From positions 44,025 to 108,024 of the forward strand of contig JACRMP010000025.1 in NCBI GenBank assembly GCA_016214885.1: a stretch of DNA of 64,000 bases. The letters are read 5' to 3'. Shown here piece by piece: positions 40,282 through 50,084 of this stretch; the first letter of the stretch is position 1, and the number at the start of each line of letters is the position of its first letter. Position numbers and translations under genes: made by a program. The notes under the pieces were generated by a model. The model saw only the letters and a program-made list of their open reading frames with translations, was not told the origin of the DNA and searched no databases. The stretch is from Candidatus Gottesmanbacteria bacterium (lineage in GTDB: Bacteria > Patescibacteriota > Microgenomatia > UBA10105 > UBA927).

Positions 40282-40926
40282 ATGAAAGAGCGCAACGAAT
40301 ACATCGCCGTAATGGGTACGATGGGCAGCGGAAAAACTACTGCCGCCAATCTGCTGGCCAAGGAACTCCGGTTCACCCTCGTTGAAGAAAACGTCAAAGA
40401 AAACGCATTTTTACCCCGGTTTTATAAGGATATGAGCCGTTGGGCGTTTCATTCCCAGGTATTTTTCCTGATGGAAAAAATCCGCCAGATGACCGAAACC
40501 AAAAACATCCTGGGAAAATCATCCGTCATTCAGGATACGCCCATTACCCAGGATGTGTATTCATATGCCAAAGCGCAGCATGAACTGGGGCACATGGATG
40601 ATGCCGAGTGGGCGCTGTACCAGAAAATTTATCATGAGTTTACTCCTCATTTTCCCCAGCCCGATCTTATTGTGTTTCTCGATACATCAATTCCCGCTAT
40701 AGAATCCCGTATTGCTGCACGGGGGAGGGAGTTTGAACAGGAGATCCCTACCGATTACCTTACCCTGCTTGATAAGCTAAACCGCAAATGGCTCGAGCAG
40801 AATACCACGATTCCGGTGGTGAGGATCGCCACGGATACGCTCGATATCACAAGGAGCCGCGATGCGCAGGAGCAATTTGCTTCAATGGTGAGGAGCGCGC
40901 TCACCAAGCGTGTTAGTGTACACTAA
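40282..40926 (+). CDS. Deoxynucleoside kinase (dCK/dGK family)
   Basis: P-loop VMGTMGSGKTT, an ERS-like region, and size and family pattern (FLPRFY, FHSQVFFL). Confidence 0.75.
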   Translation: MKERNEYIAVMGTMGSGKTTAANLLAKELRFTLVEENVKENAFLPRFYKDMSRWAFHSQVFFLMEKIRQMTETKNILGKSSVIQDTPITQDVYSYAKAQHELGHMDDAEWALYQKIYHEFTPHFPQPDLIVFLDTSIPAIESRIAARGREFEQEIPTDYLTLLDKLNRKWLEQNTTIPVVRIATDTLDITRSRDAQEQFASMVRSALTKRVSVH

Positions 40927-40934
40927 CTAGTACT

Positions 40935-41585
40935 ATGCAGAAAATTTCCGGGGTATCAGTATGTATATGGGATTTTGACGGCACACTCTACCGGCCGACA
41001 CCTGCACTCACCCAAGCGATCATCGAGGCGGATTACGAGCTAATAATGCGCCACACAGGATGGGATAAGGCAAAGACGGTCGAAGAATTTCATAAAATAT
41101 ATAAGGTGAAAACCCCCAGCAGTACCGAGACAGCGGCGGAACTTGCCGGTATTTCGGTACAGGAAGCGGCGATTGAGTGTGAGTTATATAAAGACCGCCG
41201 GCCGTTTCTGTCCCGGGATCAGCGGCTTATCGATATGTTTGCAAAGCTTACCCACTACACGCATTATTTTTTGGTGAACGGCATACAGGAAAAGGTGAGG
41301 GAGTCGCTTGATGTCTTGGGAGTGTCGCCGGATATATTCCGGGAGTTTGTAACTGCGGAAGTGGTGGGGGTGAATAAGCCCCAGCCGGACGGATTCCGCT
41401 ATATAATGGAAAAGACCGGGTTTCCGGCAGATGCCCACCTTATGATAGGAGACAGAGTGGCAGTCGATCTTGTTCCCGCCAAAGCCCTGGGGATGAAAAC
41501 GTGTCTTGTCTGGAGTGAGGTTACAGACTCGATTGCCGACGTAGTGTTGCCCGAAGTGTACGGTGTTGTAAGTGTGCTAGGATAA
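40935..41585 (+). CDS. HAD-family hydrolase (nucleotidase-like)
   Basis: Motif I VCIWDFDGTLY and motif IV MIGDRVAVDL. Confidence 0.6.
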   Translation: MQKISGVSVCIWDFDGTLYRPTPALTQAIIEADYELIMRHTGWDKAKTVEEFHKIYKVKTPSSTETAAELAGISVQEAAIECELYKDRRPFLSRDQRLIDMFAKLTHYTHYFLVNGIQEKVRESLDVLGVSPDIFREFVTAEVVGVNKPQPDGFRYIMEKTGFPADAHLMIGDRVAVDLVPAKALGMKTCLVWSEVTDSIADVVLPEVYGVVSVLG

Positions 41586-41589
41586 CAAT

Positions 41590-42699
41590 ATGCGGATTTT
41601 CTTTACAGCGGCTACCACTAATAACGGGGATTTCCTCACCCAGGAAAAAGCTATTGTTGCGGTGATCAAAAAATTGGGTCACACCCTCACCTCGGGAGAA
41701 CAGATACTTGATCATAAAAAACTGGCAAACGATGCGGCACATACACCGGAGGAAATTTTTTATCGGGAAAAACAGGCGATGGAAGATGCAGACTGCGTGA
41801 TAGCAGAAGTGACCAAGCCGAGCAGCGGGGTGGGAGGCGAGTTGGTGTATGCGCTTACCCATCACAAACCGGTGCTTGCTCTTTTTTACAAAGACGCTCC
41901 CAACGAATTATCTACCATGATTTCGGGCAACCCGTCGGATCATTTGTATCTGGAGCACTATGACGAAGACAGTTTACCTATCCTCATTAAGCATTTTCTG
42001 GAACAGGTGGAAGTCGAAAAAAACCGTCGGGGCAAACTTATCGTGATCGATGGCGGTGATGGTTCGGGCAAAACCACCCAGTCGGCATTGCTTACCCAAT
42101 ATCTGGAGCGTCAGGGGGTCGGCGTTAAGTCCTTCGACTTTCCCCGTTACTACAGTTCATTTCATGGCAAGATGGCCGGCAGGTTTTTGGCAGGCGAGTT
42201 TGGCGCGAATGTTTCCCCGTATCTGGCGTCATTGGCGTACGCATTAGACAGGGCAAGCGCGAAAGAAGAAATGGATTTATGGTTGTCTCACGGCGGAGTT
42301 ATCGTGTGCAACCGCTATGCGACCAGCAATATGGCACATCAGGGGGCAAGGCTCCCCAAAGAATCGCGGAAAGAGTTTTTGGAATGGATCGATGAACTGG
42401 AATACAAAGTGCATAAAATTCCGCGGGAGGATATTGTCATTTACCTCCATGTGCCATGGCGGGTGGGTATGGAATTAACCAAAAAGAAAGGCGACCGTGC
42501 GTATTTGGGCAGCAACAAAGATATTCTGGAAGCAAACGAACACCACCGCGAAGAATCAGAGGCTATGTACCTCTCGCTTGCCAAGTCGCGCCGCAACTGG
42601 GTGACGGTCGAGTGCGTTGAAGACAGTGCAATACTTCCCATGGAAACTATCCTCGAGCGGGTGTTGGCGGCGCGCCGGGCTAAAAAGCTAATCACATGA
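41590..42699 (+). CDS. tmk: Fusion protein: an N-terminal nucleoside 2-deoxyribosyltransferase/DNPH1-like domain plus C-terminal thymidylate kinase
   Basis: N-terminus MRIFFTAATT...VTKPSSGVGGELVYAL (NDT-family catalytic Glu context). C-terminus LIVIDGGDGSGKTTQ...RY (Tmk P-loop and DRY-like region). Confidence 0.75.
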   Translation: MRIFFTAATTNNGDFLTQEKAIVAVIKKLGHTLTSGEQILDHKKLANDAAHTPEEIFYREKQAMEDADCVIAEVTKPSSGVGGELVYALTHHKPVLALFYKDAPNELSTMISGNPSDHLYLEHYDEDSLPILIKHFLEQVEVEKNRRGKLIVIDGGDGSGKTTQSALLTQYLERQGVGVKSFDFPRYYSSFHGKMAGRFLAGEFGANVSPYLASLAYALDRASAKEEMDLWLSHGGVIVCNRYATSNMAHQGARLPKESRKEFLEWIDELEYKVHKIPREDIVIYLHVPWRVGMELTKKKGDRAYLGSNKDILEANEHHREESEAMYLSLAKSRRNWVTVECVEDSAILPMETILERVLAARRAKKLIT

Positions 42700-43298
42700 T
42701 AACCACAGTTTTTTTGGTGCGTCACGGGCATTATGACAGTCCCGCGCCGGTAGCTCCTTATAGGCTCCCCGGATTCCATCTATCCCCAAAGGGCAGAGAA
42801 GACGCCGCGTCCCTATCCCGGAGCTTAGCGGGGGAGGACATCAGCGCTGTTTTTACCAGTCCCTTGGAGCGGACAGCGGAAACCGCGGGGATTATTGCCG
42901 GAGCCCATGGGATTGTCCCCGTTGTCGATCCGCGGCTGCTTGAGGTGCGATCTCCGCTCCAGGGTAAAACCCCAGAAGAAATACACACCCTCGGCGGCTG
43001 GAATTGGTCCATTTATGACACCCCGTGGTATGCCGAAAAGGGCGGAGAAACGCCAACCATGATTTTAGCCCGGATGAAGGAGTGTATCGAAGAGCACCGG
43101 AATACCTACAGGGGAGGGAGTATTTGCCTGGTTTCTCATGGGGACCCCATCATGCTTGCCGCAGCCTATTATGGGGGTTCACCCATTGATACCGAACACC
43201 TTTTGACCATGGAGCCGTATGTGCCTATGGCAGGCGGATACCGTATCGTATTTGAGGCGGACAAGGCTCCGGGCGTGTATCCTATAGTTGTCGCTTGA
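42696..43298 (+). CDS. Histidine phosphatase family protein (phosphoglycerate-mutase-like)
   Basis: The RHG motif in VFLVRHGHYDS, and ...GDPIMLAAAYY. Confidence 0.65.
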   Translation: MITTVFLVRHGHYDSPAPVAPYRLPGFHLSPKGREDAASLSRSLAGEDISAVFTSPLERTAETAGIIAGAHGIVPVVDPRLLEVRSPLQGKTPEEIHTLGGWNWSIYDTPWYAEKGGETPTMILARMKECIEEHRNTYRGGSICLVSHGDPIMLAAAYYGGSPIDTEHLLTMEPYVPMAGGYRIVFEADKAPGVYPIVVA

Positions 43299-43346
43299 CA
43301 AGAGGATTCCATCATGATATAAATAATAAAAGCGCTCAAAGCTTTT

Positions 43347-44276
43347 TTGAGCGATTTTTTATTTTACAATAGGTTTTTTTCTCAAGTAACGCCATCCGGC
43401 TCGCCGGACGTAGGTCACCAAATGAAAAACCAAGAATACCAGCCTTCTTTTTCTTTTTCCCCTCAACGTAACCCGCGCGCAGAAAAAATACCCATTACGT
43501 TTGTGACCAGCTCCGACGGGCATAATAAGGCAGAAGTTTTCCAAAAATGGCTCCCTGACTGGCAGATTGGACACCGTGAGCCACTGTTTAACGAGGAAAA
43601 AATTCATGAAACCGCCCCCCGGGACGAACACCGCCCCCAGGTGATTGCTGAACACAAAGCTAAGGATGATGTGACACTTGCGCTGGCAATTTCGGGAGCT
43701 GCCAATGCCATCGTAGAAAACGGTGACCTGTATACCCTGGGAGAAGAGAAAATGCTCCTCTATACCGATACGGTGCAACTCGTGCATGTCTCGGATAACG
43801 AGATTGCCATTCTTGAGAAACCGGTAGGTGACCCTGTAGAGTGGGCGATGCATTCTCCCGAAGCAATGATCCAGTCGGGTAAAGATATCGAAATTATCAA
43901 CGCCCTTACCGGGGTGCGGGTAAGCAAAAACGGAGTATCTGAACCTGCTACCGTTATCCTTCACGTTAAAGCAACCATGCGTCCTTTTACCCGTGAGGAA
44001 ATTGTGGCGTATGCCAAAAAACCGGGAAACACCGTTTCGCAAACTTCCGGAGGCATATCCATGGCAAACGGGGCACGGTCATTTTTGGATATGGATAAGC
44101 CATTAATCATCGGGTTGGCTGATTCTATGGATGAAGAACCCACTGAATTGCTGCGGTACGAAACCTGGCACGATGTGCCCAGTGCCGACCTTAAGCCCTT
44201 TATCTGCGGTGCTGTCGAGCCGGCTATAGAGCGCCTTACCCAAAAGACCAAAGCAACTGCCCCTGCCCGTGTATGA
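43347..44276 (+). CDS. Divergent Maf/Ham1-superfamily nucleotide pyrophosphatase-like protein (tentative)
   Basis: ITFVTSSDGHNKAEV (Maf N-terminal SGS-like), ALTGVRV and EEIVAYAKKPGNTVSQTSGGISMANGARSFL, which resemble Maf blocks. Weak. Confidence 0.35.
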   Translation: MSDFLFYNRFFSQVTPSGSPDVGHQMKNQEYQPSFSFSPQRNPRAEKIPITFVTSSDGHNKAEVFQKWLPDWQIGHREPLFNEEKIHETAPRDEHRPQVIAEHKAKDDVTLALAISGAANAIVENGDLYTLGEEKMLLYTDTVQLVHVSDNEIAILEKPVGDPVEWAMHSPEAMIQSGKDIEIINALTGVRVSKNGVSEPATVILHVKATMRPFTREEIVAYAKKPGNTVSQTSGGISMANGARSFLDMDKPLIIGLADSMDEEPTELLRYETWHDVPSADLKPFICGAVEPAIERLTQKTKATAPARV

Positions 44277-44770
44277 GCACCCTCAAGGAGTATATAAACC
44301 GGGCAAATAACGCCAAAAACGCTTACGAATCGTTTAAAGGAATCCCGACTGATCAAGTTGCGTATAACGAATTTTTCGTGCCTCCCGTGTGTAATAAGAC
44401 GGAAGGACGGCTGAGTGAAGTATTTACGAGAGCGACACGGCGCGGAGCATTTTTATATGACGAAGCGGCATTATTTCCCCTAGCGGAAATAGGCGTCCGG
44501 TCTGTGTTTGGGTTAGACCGTTGGGTACCGAAAGCCCCGAAGCGAGTTGTGGCGGATGTGGTCATTAAAAACCCGTGGGATGCTACCGATGCGTCATGGC
44601 TTGAGCGCTACGGGGTGCGGAATGCACTCGTTGTTTATAGCAAAGCGAATATAACTCATTTGTTTGTCGGGGGAGTTATGAGGAAAAATATATATGTGAT
44701 CAGACCCGTTATGGACTGGTCGCTGCAGGAAAAAATTATGCATGCGCTGCATAAGCACATAGAGCATTAA
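44273..44770 (+). CDS. Hypothetical protein
   Basis: An ORF with good coding periodicity in an operon context; no motif recognised. Confidence 0.35.
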   Translation: MSTLKEYINRANNAKNAYESFKGIPTDQVAYNEFFVPPVCNKTEGRLSEVFTRATRRGAFLYDEAALFPLAEIGVRSVFGLDRWVPKAPKRVVADVVIKNPWDATDASWLERYGVRNALVVYSKANITHLFVGGVMRKNIYVIRPVMDWSLQEKIMHALHKHIEH

Positions 44771-44785
44771 TGATATAATTCCGCT

Positions 44786-46096
44786 ATGGACAAACAAGTA
44801 TCCCGACTTATATCCCAGGAAACCAAGCGCCAGCGTAACCAGCTCGAAATGATTCCCTCAGAAAACTATGCCTCACGCAGTGTCCGTGCCGCCGTGGGAT
44901 CCGTGTTTATGAATAAGTACGCAGAGGGACAGGCGAGAAAGCGATATTTTCAGGGAAACAGTATTGTAGATGAGCTGGAAAGCTTGTGTAAAACCCGCGC
45001 GCTCCGTCTATTTGGGCTTTCCGAAAATGACTGGGGGGTCAATGTCCAGGCGTTAAGCGGAAGTCCTGCAAATCTTGCGATCATCGCCGCGTTATTAGAA
45101 CCCGGAGAAAAAATATTATCGATGTACCTTCCCGACGGAGGACATCTTTCCCATGGCTGGCAGCTGCCGGACAAAAAGGTAACCCTGGTATCCAAAATTT
45201 GGGATATCACGTTTTATCATGTAAATCCCGATAGCCGGCTGTTTGATTATGATCAGATTGCCAAACAGGCAAAAGAAGTTGGTCCTAAGCTACTTATTTC
45301 AGGGGGAACTGCGTACCCGCGGGAAATCGATCATGCGCGAATGGGGGCAATTGCCAAAAGTGTCGGGGCTTACTATCTGGCAGATGTATCCCATGAAGCA
45401 GGGCTTATCGCAGGGGGTGCCAACACGTCGCCGTTCCCGTACGCCGATGCGGTGATGATGACGACTCACAAAACGCTTCGGGGCCCCCGTGGGGCAATAA
45501 TATTCTCCAAAAAAGAGTTATCGCAAGCTATAGACCAATCCGTATTCCCCAGTATTCAGGGAGGTCCCCACGAACATACCATCGCCGGTATTGCCGTAGC
45601 ACTAGAAGAAGCGGCCGCCCCGGAATTTATGGCATACGCCAAACAAGTCGTTACCAATGCCCGGGTACTCGCCAAGCATTTTGTGAACGAAGGGTTGGAT
45701 GTGGTAGGGGGAGGGACGGATAAGCATTTGGTTTTAATCGATTTACGAAATATCGGTGCTTCCGCGTGGGTTGTGGCTTGGGCGCTTGAGTATGCCAACA
45801 TTATCGTAAACCGAAATACCGTGCCCTTTGATACCGGTTCGTCCGTGTATCCGTCGGGTATCAGGCTGGGTACTCCGGCAATTACCACCCGCGGTATGAA
45901 GGAGGCGGAAATGCATCTGATAGCGTCTTGGATCATGGAAGTTATCAATGAGGTGGGTGATATGAAGGTGCCGGAAGACAAAGAACAGCGGAAAGCGTTT
46001 ATCGCAAAAACCAAAAAGGAGCTTGCCATAAACAAAAAGATACTAGCGATCGCCCGCGACGTCAAAAGCCTTTGTGCTAAATTTCCACTACCCTAA
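44786..46096 (+). CDS. glyA: Serine hydroxymethyltransferase
   Basis: EMIPSENYASRSV, the PLP-lysine region VMMTTHKTLRGPRGA. Confidence 0.95.
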   Translation: MDKQVSRLISQETKRQRNQLEMIPSENYASRSVRAAVGSVFMNKYAEGQARKRYFQGNSIVDELESLCKTRALRLFGLSENDWGVNVQALSGSPANLAIIAALLEPGEKILSMYLPDGGHLSHGWQLPDKKVTLVSKIWDITFYHVNPDSRLFDYDQIAKQAKEVGPKLLISGGTAYPREIDHARMGAIAKSVGAYYLADVSHEAGLIAGGANTSPFPYADAVMMTTHKTLRGPRGAIIFSKKELSQAIDQSVFPSIQGGPHEHTIAGIAVALEEAAAPEFMAYAKQVVTNARVLAKHFVNEGLDVVGGGTDKHLVLIDLRNIGASAWVVAWALEYANIIVNRNTVPFDTGSSVYPSGIRLGTPAITTRGMKEAEMHLIASWIMEVINEVGDMKVPEDKEQRKAFIAKTKKELAINKKILAIARDVKSLCAKFPLP

Positions 46097-46370
46097 ATCT
46101 ATTTTTATGCCCTCACGGACAAGTGAGTTATTAGGCCTTCAGCGGGATGCTAAACGCCATCTGGCTATGAGGCTGTGGAAAGACTCCTTTGCTCTGGAAA
46201 GGTAGGCAGGGCAGCAGCGCTGTCCTGCGGTTGCTGATTTATTGCACGGGGAAAGCGGGAGAACGCTTCGCCGGGCAAAATTGCTGTATGATGCCGCAGA
46301 ACAGGAGGTAATCCCCGAGCTTTCCGACAATTAACATGAAATTCGTGTACAGCTTTGATAATATAATTAC

Positions 46371-46748
46371 ATGAGCGAAGGTGAAATCAAACGGCTGGGA
46401 AAGATCAGGCTTAAGTCCGGCGAAGAGGCGACCGCGTATGTGATCCGGGAAGGCGACCGCGCAACTCTATTTGTCCCTACTGATGAAGAATTTCCTGACG
46501 CAAGCAGAAAGTCTGTTGTAGAAGGGGAGTTTGATGGGACTACATTTCGGGTGCACCGGTTAGACACAGGATCCCGCTTTGAGAAACAGGGGTTTGCACG
46601 GTCATTGTTGGGAGCGATAGCATCCGGATTGGGAGCTGACGAAATAATCGCACTAAATCCTAATGAAGATGCGAGAAGGAAAAAATTTTACGAAAATATA
46701 GGTTTTAGTCCGGTTGGGAGGGATATGGTATGGAAGCGCCGCAGATAG
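46371..46748 (+). CDS. Small GNAT-like acetyltransferase (tentative)
   Basis: KQGFARSLLGAIASG resembles GNAT motif A; FYENIGF. Confidence 0.35.
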   Translation: MSEGEIKRLGKIRLKSGEEATAYVIREGDRATLFVPTDEEFPDASRKSVVEGEFDGTTFRVHRLDTGSRFEKQGFARSLLGAIASGLGADEIIALNPNEDARRKKFYENIGFSPVGRDMVWKRRR

Positions 46749-46756
46749 AATACTAC

Positions 46757-46785
46757 TTGAAAACAAGCGTAGTTTCGTTTATACT
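46757..46785 (+). promoter_or_regulatory. Candidate promoter TTGAAA-17nt-TATACT for the rpsB leader
   Basis: Read directly from the sequence. Confidence 0.4.
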
Positions 46786-46866
46786 CCTACTTATTAGCAC
46801 ATCCGAATAGTATCTCTCCCGCAATGGGTATCGGATGGAAGGTCAAGAGATACGCCAAAAGCTTAA

Positions 46867-46890
46867 GCGCCGGCGTATCGGCGTTTTTTT
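46867..46890 (+). terminator. Hairpin (CGCCG-GCGUAU-CGGCG) plus U7, 13 nt upstream of the rpsB ATG. Either a terminator for the GNAT gene or an rpsB leader attenuator
   Basis: Read directly from the sequence. Confidence 0.45.
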
Positions 46891-46902
46891 ATACAAAAAA
46901 TT

Positions 46903-47817
46903 ATGAAAGATATAACACTGGAGCAGTTGTTGGAAGCAGGATGTCATTTTGGCCACAAAGCAGAGCGGTGGCACCCCAAGGCATCTGAGTTTATCTGGGC
47001 AGAAAAAGACGGAATCCACATCATTGATTTAGCCAAAACTAAATCAGGGTTAGACGCTGCAATCGCATTTGTCAGTACGCTTGCAGAAGCGGGCGGAACG
47101 GTGTTGTTCGTCGGCACCAAGCGTCAGGCAAGAGGGGTAGTTAAAGAAGCAGCGGTTAATGCCGGAGCTTCATTTTTGACCCAGCGCTGGATCGGCGGAT
47201 TTATGACTAACTGGGAAGGGGTGCATAAGAATATCCAGAAAATCATCAAAATGATGGATGACCAGAAAAACGGCGGATGGAAGAAGTTCCCCAAGCATGA
47301 GCAGACCAAAATGGGACGCTACTTAAACCGCTTAAACGTGGATTACGAAGGAGTATTGATGCTTAACGATTTGCCGAAAGCGATTTTTGTCGTAGACGTC
47401 CGGAAAGAACAGTCAGCAGTACGTGAAGCACAGCGCCTGAGTATCCCGGTTATCGGAATAGTTGATACCAACGCAGATCCTACCGGCATCGATTATGTAA
47501 TCCCTGCCAATGACGATGCAGTGGGCTCCGTCCAGCTTATCGTTTCTGCTATTGCGGAAGCGTACAAAGCGGGGCATGATAAGGCCGAGAAAGAAGCACT
47601 TCATCTGTCAGAGCAGGCAGCAAAAGCAGCGGCGCCATCGAAGCCGAAGACAGAGCCACAGGGGCAGGTCAGTACAGAAAAGACCGAGCCGGTGGTCAAA
47701 ATAAACGAAGCGAAGACAACAGCGGAAACGGAAAAGAAAGCTGAAGAAGCCAAAGAAGAAAAGCCAGCCAAAAAATCTGAAAAGGTTAAAAAAGACGTTG
47801 CTCCGGAAGCGAAATAA
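46903..47817 (+). CDS. rpsB: 30S ribosomal protein S2 with a Lys/Glu-rich C-terminal extension
   Basis: LEAGCHFGHKAERWHPKASEFIW and VGTKRQA. Confidence 0.95.
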   Translation: MKDITLEQLLEAGCHFGHKAERWHPKASEFIWAEKDGIHIIDLAKTKSGLDAAIAFVSTLAEAGGTVLFVGTKRQARGVVKEAAVNAGASFLTQRWIGGFMTNWEGVHKNIQKIIKMMDDQKNGGWKKFPKHEQTKMGRYLNRLNVDYEGVLMLNDLPKAIFVVDVRKEQSAVREAQRLSIPVIGIVDTNADPTGIDYVIPANDDAVGSVQLIVSAIAEAYKAGHDKAEKEALHLSEQAAKAAAPSKPKTEPQGQVSTEKTEPVVKINEAKTTAETEKKAEEAKEEKPAKKSEKVKKDVAPEAK

Positions 47818-47840
47818 TTCAGGAGAGAACAGGAGTATCT

Positions 47841-48299
47841 ATGCAAGTAAACCTCGATGATCTCAAAAAGCTCCGTGCAGATACATCAGCCGGAGTATCT
47901 GATTGCCGCCAGGCGTTAGAAGACGCCAACGGTGATTTTGACAAAGCCAAAAAGCTCCTGTTGGAACGGGGACTCGAGAAAGCCGCCAAAAAAGAAGGCA
48001 AAGAAACAAGTCAGGGTATTGTAGAATCCTATGTTCACGCAGGCGGCAAGGTAGGGGTGCTCGTTGAGCTCCGCTGCGAGACGGATTTTGTGGCCAGAAC
48101 CGATGAGTTCAAAGCACTTGCCCACGAAGTGGCGCTGCAGATTGCTGCCATGAATCCCAAGGATGTCAAAGACCTTATGGATGGTGCTTATATCAGGGAC
48201 GCAAAGCAGACTATTACGGATTTGATCAAACTTACCATTGCTAAGGTCGGGGAAAATATTACGGTCGCCAAATTTACCCGTATGCAACTGGGGGAGTAA
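47841..48299 (+). CDS. tsf: Elongation factor Ts (short form)
   Basis: LRADTSAGVSDCRQALEDANGDFDKAKKLL (UBA-like N-terminus) and VLVELRCETDFVAR. Confidence 0.85.
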   Translation: MQVNLDDLKKLRADTSAGVSDCRQALEDANGDFDKAKKLLLERGLEKAAKKEGKETSQGIVESYVHAGGKVGVLVELRCETDFVARTDEFKALAHEVALQIAAMNPKDVKDLMDGAYIRDAKQTITDLIKLTIAKVGENITVAKFTRMQLGE

Positions 48300-48393
48300 G
48301 CAGTCTCTAAAGGAAAGTCGTACTGCTCTCTTTCAGAATAATTAAGACAAGACACTATTGACTGGTTTGTTCCTGTCACCTAAACTAATACCA

Positions 48394-48957
48394 ATGATAG
48401 ATAACCTCCTTAACTCCACCCGCGAACGGATGAAAAAAGCCATCGAGGTGACAAGAGTTGATCTTTCTTCCATACGAAGTGGCAGAGCTACTCCGGCTCT
48501 TGTGGAAAATATTGTTGTAAGCGTTTACGGCGGCACCCAGCATCTCAAGGTTATGGAAATCGGCACCATTGGTACGACCGATGCCAAAACACTGGTAATA
48601 TCCCCGTACGACCCCTCCATCATTGCAGAAATAGAGCGGGGTATCGCCGCGGCAAATGTGGGATTAAATCCGGTAATTGACGGGGAAATCCTTCGGATCA
48701 GTATTCCGCCGCTTTCCGAAGAGCGCCGGCAGGAATACATCAAGCTGGCCAAAGTGAAGCTCGAGGCGGGCAAGGTCATGGTGCGCGGCGTGCGGCACGA
48801 TGCTATGAAAGAACTCGATGGGGCGCTTGCCAGCAAGGACTTGGGGGAAGATGAGAAAAAAGCCGGGGAGAAAAAAGTGCAGGAGCTGACCGACGAAATG
48901 ATCGCTGAACTCGAAGCCATGGAAGAGAAAAAAGAAGCGGAGCTGATGCAGGTCTAA
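48394..48957 (+). CDS. frr: Ribosome recycling factor
   Basis: LSSIRSGRATPALVENIVVSVYG...LPPLSEERRQEYIKLAK. Confidence 0.9.
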   Translation: MIDNLLNSTRERMKKAIEVTRVDLSSIRSGRATPALVENIVVSVYGGTQHLKVMEIGTIGTTDAKTLVISPYDPSIIAEIERGIAAANVGLNPVIDGEILRISIPPLSEERRQEYIKLAKVKLEAGKVMVRGVRHDAMKELDGALASKDLGEDEKKAGEKKVQELTDEMIAELEAMEEKKEAELMQV

Positions 48958-48964
48958 TCTATCA

Positions 48965-50050
48965 ATGATCCTCACTGCCATAACATTCCTTATTATCCTC
49001 ACCATTCTGGTGCTTATTCATGAATTAGGTCATTTTTTGGTAGCACGCATGGTGGGAGTGAGGGTAGAGGAATTCGGACTCGGTCTTCCGCCCAGGATTT
49101 GGGGCAAAAAATTCGGTGATACCATTTATTCGCTTAATTGGCTTCCCATCGGCGGGTTCGTGCGGCTTGCCGGAGAGGATAAAGATCCCGACGACAGTGC
49201 CAAGGTTAAGCCCTCTCATCTTAAGGAATATTTTTGGGCGAGAAGCAAAAAAGAACGCTCAGCTATTCTGGTGGCGGGTGTATTTATGAACTTTGTGTTG
49301 GCGGTCGTTATCACCATGGCACTTTTGTTGACCGGGGTGAAAGAACCCTCGGGTAAGCTACACGTCGAGCGGGTGGTTCCCAACAGTCCTGCAGCATTGG
49401 TGGGGCTTACCACCGGTGACGTTATCTTGTCGGTGGCGGTTGCCCCAAATCCTCCCAAAACAACCGTAACTCCCAATGATCTTATTTCATTTGTGAAAGA
49501 TAATGCAGGCAAGGAAATCGTCATGATTATAGACCGGGGCGGGGTAGTGAGCGCCTTTAAGGTAACCCCCCGCACCGAAGTACCTCCCGGCGAAGGTCCG
49601 CTGGGGGTCGCTATCACCGATTTGGAACTTCATAAGTATCCCCTCCACGAAGCGCCCGGGAAAGCCCTCATGATCAATGTCACCCGCGCCCGTGATATGG
49701 TGGCATCGCTTGGCGGTACTGTGTGGCGATTAGTCACTCTCAGGGCGCCCGAAGCAGATGTAGCAGGTCCTATCGGTATTGCCCAAGTGACCGGTGTCGC
49801 GGTTAGTTTCGGCTGGGCGGCGGTATTGGAATTTGCAAGCATCCTGTCGCTTAATCTGGCGGTTCTTAATGTTCTGCCTATCCCGGCGCTCGACGGCGGC
49901 AGGCTGATGTTTGTCTTTTTGGAAAAAATGCTGGGCAAAAAAGTCCGCCCCGCATTTGAGCGGAGCACTCATCAGATCGGCATGCTTATTCTCCTGGGGC
50001 TTATCGTTTTGGTGTCGATAAACGATATCCTCAGGCTCGTGCGGGGCTAA
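48965..50050 (+). CDS. rseP: RIP metalloprotease RseP (site-2 protease) with a PDZ domain
   Basis: HELGHFLVAR (HExxH), a PDZ region, and the LDGG motif in NVLPIPALDGGRL. Confidence 0.85.
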   Translation: MILTAITFLIILTILVLIHELGHFLVARMVGVRVEEFGLGLPPRIWGKKFGDTIYSLNWLPIGGFVRLAGEDKDPDDSAKVKPSHLKEYFWARSKKERSAILVAGVFMNFVLAVVITMALLLTGVKEPSGKLHVERVVPNSPAALVGLTTGDVILSVAVAPNPPKTTVTPNDLISFVKDNAGKEIVMIIDRGGVVSAFKVTPRTEVPPGEGPLGVAITDLELHKYPLHEAPGKALMINVTRARDMVASLGGTVWRLVTLRAPEADVAGPIGIAQVTGVAVSFGWAAVLEFASILSLNLAVLNVLPIPALDGGRLMFVFLEKMLGKKVRPAFERSTHQIGMLILLGLIVLVSINDILRLVRG

Positions 50051-50084
50051 ATTATTTCCGTATATTTGACACTATAGGGTATAT

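Noticed and set aside
39884-40385. Plus-strand ORFs of 88 and 147 aa in the glmS upstream region
   Set aside because: They overlap the structured minus-strand leader (the candidate glmS ribozyme), are Arg/Pro-rich with odd composition, and lack RBS or motifs.
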